DNA of 30,179 bases from an uncultured Bacteroidota bacterium (GTDB lineage Bacteria > Bacteroidota > Bacteroidia > Chitinophagales > UBA8649), in the NCBI GenBank assembly GCA_937139485.1, contig CAKZQD010000018.1:1-30179 (forward strand). The letters are read 5' to 3'. The notes under the pieces are model-generated. The model ran no database searches and was not told where the DNA came from. It saw only the letters and a program-made list of their open reading frames with translations. Within the stretch, counting starts at the first letter, position 1. Every line of letters starts with the position of its first letter. This document shows positions 24,439 through 30,179 of this stretch, in pieces. Position numbers and translations under genes: made by a program.

Positions 24439-25884
24439 ATGACTCCACAAATTATACTAGCAACTTTAATTGGCTATTTTGTATTTTTAATAGTAATAGC
24501 GCAACTCACAAAAGGAAAAGCAGATAATAAAACTTTTTTTACTGGAAACAAGAGTTCACATTGGTTTTTAGTAGCTTTTGGAATGATTGGTGCATCACTT
24601 TCTGGTGTTACATTTATTTCTATTCCGGGTGCTGTGGCTGCAAAATCATTTTCTTACATGCAAATGGTTCTAGGTTATTTAGTTGGTTATTACATAATTG
24701 CTACAGTTCTTATTCCGCTTTATTACAAACTCAATTTAATTACTATTTATACCTATCTGGGAAAACGATTTGGTGTAAAATCGCACAAAACAGGCTCTGC
24801 ATTTTTCTTAATTTCAAGAATTATTGGTGCGTCATTAAGATTGTATTTGGTAGCAAGTGTTTTGCAGCTTTTTGTATTTGATTATTACGATATTCCATTT
24901 TTGCTTACAGTATTTATTACCATTGTGCTTATTTGGATTTACACTTTTCAGGGTGGAATAAAAACTATTGTAGTTACCGATACGCTACAGACTTTTTTTA
25001 TGTTGCTTTCACTTGGTTTAAGTATTTATTTTATTTCAAAAGCCTTAAATACAGATTTTGGTGGTTTGGTAGAATTGGTAAAAGAAAGTGAATATTCAAA
25101 AACTTTTTTCTTCGATGATTTTTTTGGAAACAAACTTCATTTTGCTAAACAGTTTTTGAGTGGAGCATTAATAGCATTAACTATGACAGGTCTGGACCAA
25201 GATATGATGCAAAAAAACTTAACCTGCAGAACAAGAAAAGAATCGAGTAAAAATGTAATTACAATGAGTTTAATTTTAGTGCCAGTAAACTTGATGTTTT
25301 TGTTTTTAGGTGCTTTACTTTTTATTTATGGCGCAAAAATGGGAATCACTTTTCCTGTAAATGCAGATGGAAAGTTAATTGCAGACCAAGTATTTGCAAC
25401 AGTTGCTTTTAATCATTTACCTATTTATGCAGGTGTTATATTTTTACTGGGCTTAATAGCTGCAGCATATTCAAGTGCAGATTCTGCTTTGACCTCTTTA
25501 ACCACAACTTTTTCGGTAGATTTTTTAAAACTAGACAAAACCAAAGACACTAAAAAAAGGCTTTTTGTACATGTTGCTTTTTCATTGATATTAATGCTGG
25601 TAATTTTTGGTTTCAAACAGTTGAATAATGACAGTATTGTCTGGGAAATTTTTAAACTAGCTGGCTACACTTATGGCCCTTTACTTGGCTTGTTTGCTTT
25701 CGGTTTACTTACAAAAATTAAAATAAAAGATAATCTTGTCCCTTTAATAGCAATAATTTCTCCTGTATTAACGTATATTATTCAATACATATCACCAGAT
25801 CTTATTGGTTATACATTTGGTTTTGAATTGCTATTGCTAAATGCTTGTATTACCTTTATTGGCTTGTTTCTTGTAAGAAAATAG
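24439..25884 (+). CDS. sodium:solute symporter family (SSF/SSS) transporter
   Basis: 481 aa with about 13 hydrophobic helices. FLVAFGMIGASLSGVTFISIPG is typical of SSS transporters. Confidence 0.85.
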   Translation: MTPQIILATLIGYFVFLIVIAQLTKGKADNKTFFTGNKSSHWFLVAFGMIGASLSGVTFISIPGAVAAKSFSYMQMVLGYLVGYYIIATVLIPLYYKLNLITIYTYLGKRFGVKSHKTGSAFFLISRIIGASLRLYLVASVLQLFVFDYYDIPFLLTVFITIVLIWIYTFQGGIKTIVVTDTLQTFFMLLSLGLSIYFISKALNTDFGGLVELVKESEYSKTFFFDDFFGNKLHFAKQFLSGALIALTMTGLDQDMMQKNLTCRTRKESSKNVITMSLILVPVNLMFLFLGALLFIYGAKMGITFPVNADGKLIADQVFATVAFNHLPIYAGVIFLLGLIAAAYSSADSALTSLTTTFSVDFLKLDKTKDTKKRLFVHVAFSLILMLVIFGFKQLNNDSIVWEIFKLAGYTYGPLLGLFAFGLLTKIKIKDNLVPLIAIISPVLTYIIQYISPDLIGYTFGFELLLLNACITFIGLFLVRK

Positions 25885-25943
25885 TTTAAATAAACCCGTT
25901 AGACATCAAACACCGTGCAACTAACACCAAAAAATAAAAAAAA

Positions 25944-26630
25944 ATGACACAAAAACCAATGCGAACTTGGGCAGAAGCTCAAGCAAAATCTAGCTGGACA
26001 ATGTTTAGAATAATGTCTGAATTTGTAGAAGGCTTTGACACTTTAGAAAACATAGGCCCTTGTATTTCTATTTATGGCTCGGCAAGACTACACGAAGGCA
26101 ATGAACACTACCAAAAAGCAGTAGAAATTGCAGAAGCTTTTGTTGACGAAGGTTATGGTATAATAACTGGTGGCGGGCCAGGAATTATGGAAGCTGGAAA
26201 CAGAGGCGCAAGAAATAAACAAGGAAAATCTGTAGGTTTAAACATAGACTTACCTTTTGAACAATATTCAAATCCATATATAGATCACGACAAGGAAATT
26301 AATTTCAACTACTTTTTTGCACGTAAAGTTATGTTTGTAAAGTTTGCACAGGCTTTTGTTTTAATGCCTGGTGGTTTTGGTACGCTAGATGAACTTTTTG
26401 AAAGCATAACCCTTATTCAAACACAAAAAATAGAGCAAGTACCTGTAATTCTTGTAGGAACAAAATTTTGGGGCGGTTTATTAGATTGGATAAAAACTAC
26501 TTTGCTGGAAGACAATAAAACCATTTCACCAAAAGATTTAGACCTAATACATGTAACAGACAGCGTAGAAGAAGTAGTAAAAATAGTAAGCGACCACTAT
26601 GATAATAAAGGACTTAAACCAAATTTTTAA
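25944..26630 (+). CDS. LOG-family protein (TIGR00730 Rossmann-fold nucleotide-binding / cytokinin riboside 5-prime-monophosphate phosphoribohydrolase-like)
   Basis: 228 aa. Contains GGGPGIMEAGNRGA and the PGGFGTLDELFE signature. Confidence 0.85.
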   Translation: MTQKPMRTWAEAQAKSSWTMFRIMSEFVEGFDTLENIGPCISIYGSARLHEGNEHYQKAVEIAEAFVDEGYGIITGGGPGIMEAGNRGARNKQGKSVGLNIDLPFEQYSNPYIDHDKEINFNYFFARKVMFVKFAQAFVLMPGGFGTLDELFESITLIQTQKIEQVPVILVGTKFWGGLLDWIKTTLLEDNKTISPKDLDLIHVTDSVEEVVKIVSDHYDNKGLKPNF

Positions 26631-26635
26631 TTAGA

Positions 26636-28558
26636 ATGCATAAGTTTTTTCAAATAATTAATCGTTTTTTAAACAGTTTTAAAGATTCAAATGTTTTTTT
26701 TAGCTTCAATTATTTCTTTGAGGCCAAAGTCATTGAATTAGTAGAAAACTTCAACAGTAAAGTGAAAAAACACAGCCCTAAGTCCTCTCAAGAGGAGAAT
26801 ATACTCGACTCATTGCTTACGCACAATTATTTTCGCCTATTGAATCCTTTATTAATTTTACAATTTTTAATACTATTTTTTGGCTTGCATTCAAGTGTTT
26901 CAGCTCAAGAAAACTATCCTCAAAACGATTTTAGATCGCCTTTGGATATTCCTTTGTATTTATCTGGAACCTTTGGTGAGCCAAGAAATACGCACTTTCA
27001 CGCAGGTTTAGATATAAAAACTGGCGGCGTAGAAGGCAAAAACATTTATGCTATTGCAGACGGATATATTTCTAGAATAAAAGCCAGCGCTTGGGGTTAT
27101 GGAAACACACTTTACGTCACACACACAAACGGCTACACATCTGTATATGCGCACTTGAGTAAATTTGACGATAAAATAGCCAAATGGTTAAAACAACAAC
27201 AAGAAGCAAATACCATTTTTGAAATAAATTTAGACTCGCTAGATGCTTCACTTTTTCCTGTAAAACAAGGAGAAATTATAGCAAAATCTGGAAACACAGG
27301 TGGTTCTCACGGGCCACATTTACACTTTGAAATACGTGACAGTTTAGAACGACCTATCAATCCTTTTTTGTTTGGTTTTGATATACGAGTAAAAGACAAT
27401 GTAAAACCTGGTTTGTACAATTTAGTGCTTTATAATTTAAGTTCCGACAGGCATTTTTCTAATTCAAAAAACATAAAACTAAGCGGCAGCGCAGGAAAGT
27501 ATTTGCTTTCAGAAACCATAAAAGTAAACAAAGACGAAGTAGGTTTTGGTATAAATACTACTGATAAATTTACCGATGTACATAACCACAATGGTGTGTA
27601 TGATATTAAAATGTACTTTGATGGCGAACTGCTATATCATTATCAAATGAATAGATTTCGCTTCGATGAAGGAAAATATGTGCTGAGCCATTGCGATTAT
27701 TGGCTTAAAAGAAACAATAAACAAACGGTTCATAAATGTTTTGTAGAACAAGGAAATCAACTAGAAGCCTATAATTATTTAAACAACGAAGGCAAAGTGT
27801 TTTTGTATGACTATGCACTGCATAATGTAAAAATAGAAGTAACAGATTTTCATAAAAATAAATCTACATTAGACTTTAAAGTACAGCGAGACGACAATGC
27901 AACAACTTTTAAAGACAGCGAGCCAAAGTTTGATGATATACTTGTACAAGGACAAGCAAACCTTTACAAAAATGAAGATATTTCGCTAGATATGGAAGAG
28001 GACGTTCTTTTTGACCACCTATATTTAAACGTAAAAAAAGTAGCCAGAAGTAGTATTTCAGATGGTTTTCATATAGGCGATGTAACCAAACCAGCTTTTA
28101 CTTGGTTCAATATTACTTTAAAAACAAAACAACTTCAAGAAGATTTAAAAGACAAATATGTTGTAGCTTTTAAAAATTATAAAAACCGTGTAAAATCACT
28201 AGGAGGAACTTTTTGTGACGAAACACAAACCATCTGCGCCACCACAAGAGATTTTGGATATTATTATGTAACTTTAGATACTATTCCGCCAGTAATAACT
28301 TCGCTGAGCGTGTCTGAAGGCAAAGATATGAGCAAATACAAAGCCATACAATTCAAAATGAGCGACAACCTTTCTGGAATTGACGAATTTGATTTGTTTA
28401 TAAACGGTACTTGGGCAGTTTTAGAACTTGACGGCAAAAAATCACTTTATACTTACAAAATAGACAACAAAGTTGTAAAAGGCAAAAATCACCTACTCTT
28501 AGTTGTAAAAGATGAACGGAATAATGCCAGTACTTTTAGTGCTGAGTTTGATTATTGA
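26636..28558 (+). CDS. M23-family metallopeptidase with a long C-terminal region; the start codon is uncertain
   Basis: 640 aa as called. M23 motifs HFHAGLDI and GPHLHFEIR. A signal-peptide-like LLILQFLILFFGLHSSVSAQ sits about 70 residues into the called ORF. Confidence 0.75.
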   Translation: MHKFFQIINRFLNSFKDSNVFFSFNYFFEAKVIELVENFNSKVKKHSPKSSQEENILDSLLTHNYFRLLNPLLILQFLILFFGLHSSVSAQENYPQNDFRSPLDIPLYLSGTFGEPRNTHFHAGLDIKTGGVEGKNIYAIADGYISRIKASAWGYGNTLYVTHTNGYTSVYAHLSKFDDKIAKWLKQQQEANTIFEINLDSLDASLFPVKQGEIIAKSGNTGGSHGPHLHFEIRDSLERPINPFLFGFDIRVKDNVKPGLYNLVLYNLSSDRHFSNSKNIKLSGSAGKYLLSETIKVNKDEVGFGINTTDKFTDVHNHNGVYDIKMYFDGELLYHYQMNRFRFDEGKYVLSHCDYWLKRNNKQTVHKCFVEQGNQLEAYNYLNNEGKVFLYDYALHNVKIEVTDFHKNKSTLDFKVQRDDNATTFKDSEPKFDDILVQGQANLYKNEDISLDMEEDVLFDHLYLNVKKVARSSISDGFHIGDVTKPAFTWFNITLKTKQLQEDLKDKYVVAFKNYKNRVKSLGGTFCDETQTICATTRDFGYYYVTLDTIPPVITSLSVSEGKDMSKYKAIQFKMSDNLSGIDEFDLFINGTWAVLELDGKKSLYTYKIDNKVVKGKNHLLLVVKDERNNASTFSAEFDY

Positions 28559-28639
28559 TGCGAAACGCTGAGTGATCGAAATTACAGACATTATGTAAAC
28601 AAAATGCTAGCTTTGTATCAAAATATAAAAAAATAAAAT

Positions 28640-29011
28640 ATGCCAACAGTAAATTTAACAGCGCAAAAATTCAAAGACGAAGTTTTTGATTATACACAAG
28701 AAAATAAAGATTGGAAATACAAAGGCTCTAAACCTGCTATTATAGATTTTTATGCAGACTGGTGTGGACCATGTAAAGCCATAGCTCCAGTTTTAGAAGA
28801 ATTAAGCGCAGAATATGCAGAAGATATAACTATCTATAAAATAGATACGGAAGCAGAGCAAGAACTTTCTGCAATGTTTGGAATAAGAAGTATTCCTTCT
28901 ATTCTATTTATTCCTATGAATAAACAACCTATGATGCAAGCAGGAGCAATGCCAAAAAATGCTTTAAAAGAAGTCATTGAAAAAGAATTATTGGGAAATA
29001 CAAAAGCTTAA
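28640..29011 (+). CDS. trxA: thioredoxin
   Basis: 123 aa with the canonical WCGPCK active site. Confidence 0.88.
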   Translation: MPTVNLTAQKFKDEVFDYTQENKDWKYKGSKPAIIDFYADWCGPCKAIAPVLEELSAEYAEDITIYKIDTEAEQELSAMFGIRSIPSILFIPMNKQPMMQAGAMPKNALKEVIEKELLGNTKA

Positions 29012-29021
29012 GCCTACAGAT

Positions 29022-29067
29022 AAACCTACTAGGTCTGCATTACAAGTTAAACAGACCTAGTAGGTTT
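29022..29067. terminator. Bidirectional terminator: 16-bp perfect inverted repeat aaacctactaggtctg ... cagacctagtaggttt
   Basis: Read directly. It lies between convergent trxA and the M3 peptidase gene. Confidence 0.7.
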
Positions 29068-29077
29068 GTATTGACAC

Positions 29078-29114
29078 AAAAAAGAGGAATTTCTAATGAA
29101 ATTCCTCTTTTTAT
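29078..29114. terminator. Second convergent terminator hairpin (agaggaat ... attcctct) with an A-run / T-run
   Basis: Read directly, adjacent to the previous hairpin. Confidence 0.65.
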
Positions 29115-29129
29115 TTATGAAATAAAGTC

Positions 29130-30179
29130 TTAAACCAACTCTAACAATCCAGCTCTTTTTAGAAGTGCTTTGTTGTCTGGTTCTGTTCCTCTAAAGTCTT
29201 TGTACAATTCCATCGGATGTCTTGTTCCTCCTTTAGATAGTATACATTCCTTGAATTTTTCTCCTATTTCTCTATTGAAGATTCCATTTTCTTTAAAATA
29301 TTCAAATGCGTCTGCATCTAAGACTTCTGCCCATTTATATGAGTAATAACCTGCAGAATATCCACCAGCAAAAATATGTGAAAAGCTTGTACTAAGGCAA
29401 GTATAATCATTTATAGGGAAGAATGATGTTTTTGCAGATACGGCATCTTCAAAAGTCTTAATGTCTGTAATGTCTTCTGGGTTGGTAGTATGATAAAGCA
29501 TATCTAAGATTCCAAAATTTAATTGACGTAGAATAGCTGATGCTTTTCTAAATGTTGAAGATTCTTTTATTTTTTGCACTAGTTCATTTGGAATAACTTC
29601 TCCAGTTTCGTAATGAAAAGCAAATAGATCTAAGCATTCTTTTTCAAAACACCAGTTTTCTAATACTTGAGATGGTAATTCTACAAAATCTCTATATACA
29701 TTAGTACCAGAATGGCTTTTATACTGAGTATTTGAAAGCATTCCGTGTAGTCCGTGACCAAACTCATGAAACAAAGTCAATACTTCGTTAAATGTCAATA
29801 ATGAAGGTTTTGTTTCTGTAGGTTTAGTAAAGTTACATACGTTTATAATATGCGGTCTATTGTTTTTTCCGTCTTTTATAAATTGACTTTTCAAACTGCT
29901 CATCCAAGCACCGTTTCGTTTACTTGCTCTAGGAAAAAAATCTGCATAAAACAAAGCTACAAATTCATTTTTTTCATCTGTAACTTTAAAAGTCATTACA
30001 TCTGGGTGGTATTTGTCTACATCTTCTATACTTTCAAAAGAAAGTCCATATAATTTTTTCGCCACTATAAAAGCACCATTCAAAACATTTTCTAATTTGA
30101 AATATGGTTTAAGTGCTTCATCATTTACTTCAAAAAGTTTCTTTTTCAATTTTTCTGCATAATAAGCAGAATCATAATA
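29130..30179 (-). CDS. M3-family oligopeptidase / peptidyl-dipeptidase (Dcp/OpdA-like); C-terminal part only, N-terminus beyond the window end
   Basis: HEFGHGLHGM zinc motif and a downstream glutamate region (SGTNVYRDFVELPSQ). The reading frame stays open upstream of the track start (...YYDSAYYAEKLKKKLFEV) to the last base of the window. The track's M is really a TTG. Confidence 0.8.
   Translation of the reverse strand, partial: YYDSAYYAEKLKKKLFEVNDEALKPYFKLENVLNGAFIVAKKLYGLSFESIEDVDKYHPDVMTFKVTDEKNEFVALFYADFFPRASKRNGAWMSSLKSQFIKDGKNNRPHIINVCNFTKPTETKPSLLTFNEVLTLFHEFGHGLHGMLSNTQYKSHSGTNVYRDFVELPSQVLENWCFEKECLDLFAFHYETGEVIPNELVQKIKESSTFRKASAILRQLNFGILDMLYHTTNPEDITDIKTFEDAVSAKTSFFPINDYTCLSTSFSHIFAGGYSAGYYSYKWAEVLDADAFEYFKENGIFNREIGEKFKECILSKGGTRHPMELYKDFRGTEPDNKALLKRAGLLELV

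Noticed and set aside
23817-25616. Small track ORFs 23817..24053 (-), 24561..24881 (+), 25425..25616 (-)
   Set aside because: They are embedded in, or antisense to, the lipoprotein and symporter genes, and they have no features.

Overview
AT-rich bacterial chromosomal segment. Gene content and protein style fit a Bacteroidota (Flavobacteriia-type) genome; this is inference, since no database search was possible. The housekeeping backbone is acetyl-CoA acetyltransferase, a pheT / coiled-coil ORF / zapA / rny cluster, trxA, a LOG-family protein, an SSS-family Na+/solute symporter, M23 and M3 peptidases, a 7TM-HD receptor and several lipoproteins. The first ~6.5 kb is different. It holds three tandem paralogous sensor kinases with a periplasmic TPR domain and a LytS/YehU-type catalytic core (His_kinase PF06580-like plus HATPase). 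Their catalytic cores are near-identical, and one copy is cut by the window start. Immediately upstream lie three tandem 42-codon genes that the ORF track did not call. They encode double-glycine-leader peptides. Their promoter carries a perfect 13-bp direct-repeat pair with the geometry of LytTR response-regulator sites. I read this as a peptide-signal or bacteriocin-like two-component locus whose response regulator and exporter lie outside the window. Other notable items: a WYL-domain regulator with an extra C-terminal domain, sitting next to a 780-bp non-coding region that contains permuted tRNA-like fragments; an SPFH protein with a triplicated N-terminal motif; and a CxxC outer-membrane lipoprotein plus beta-barrel pair divergent from a TlpA-like redoxin. 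No IS elements, integrases, CRISPR arrays or intact RNA genes were seen.
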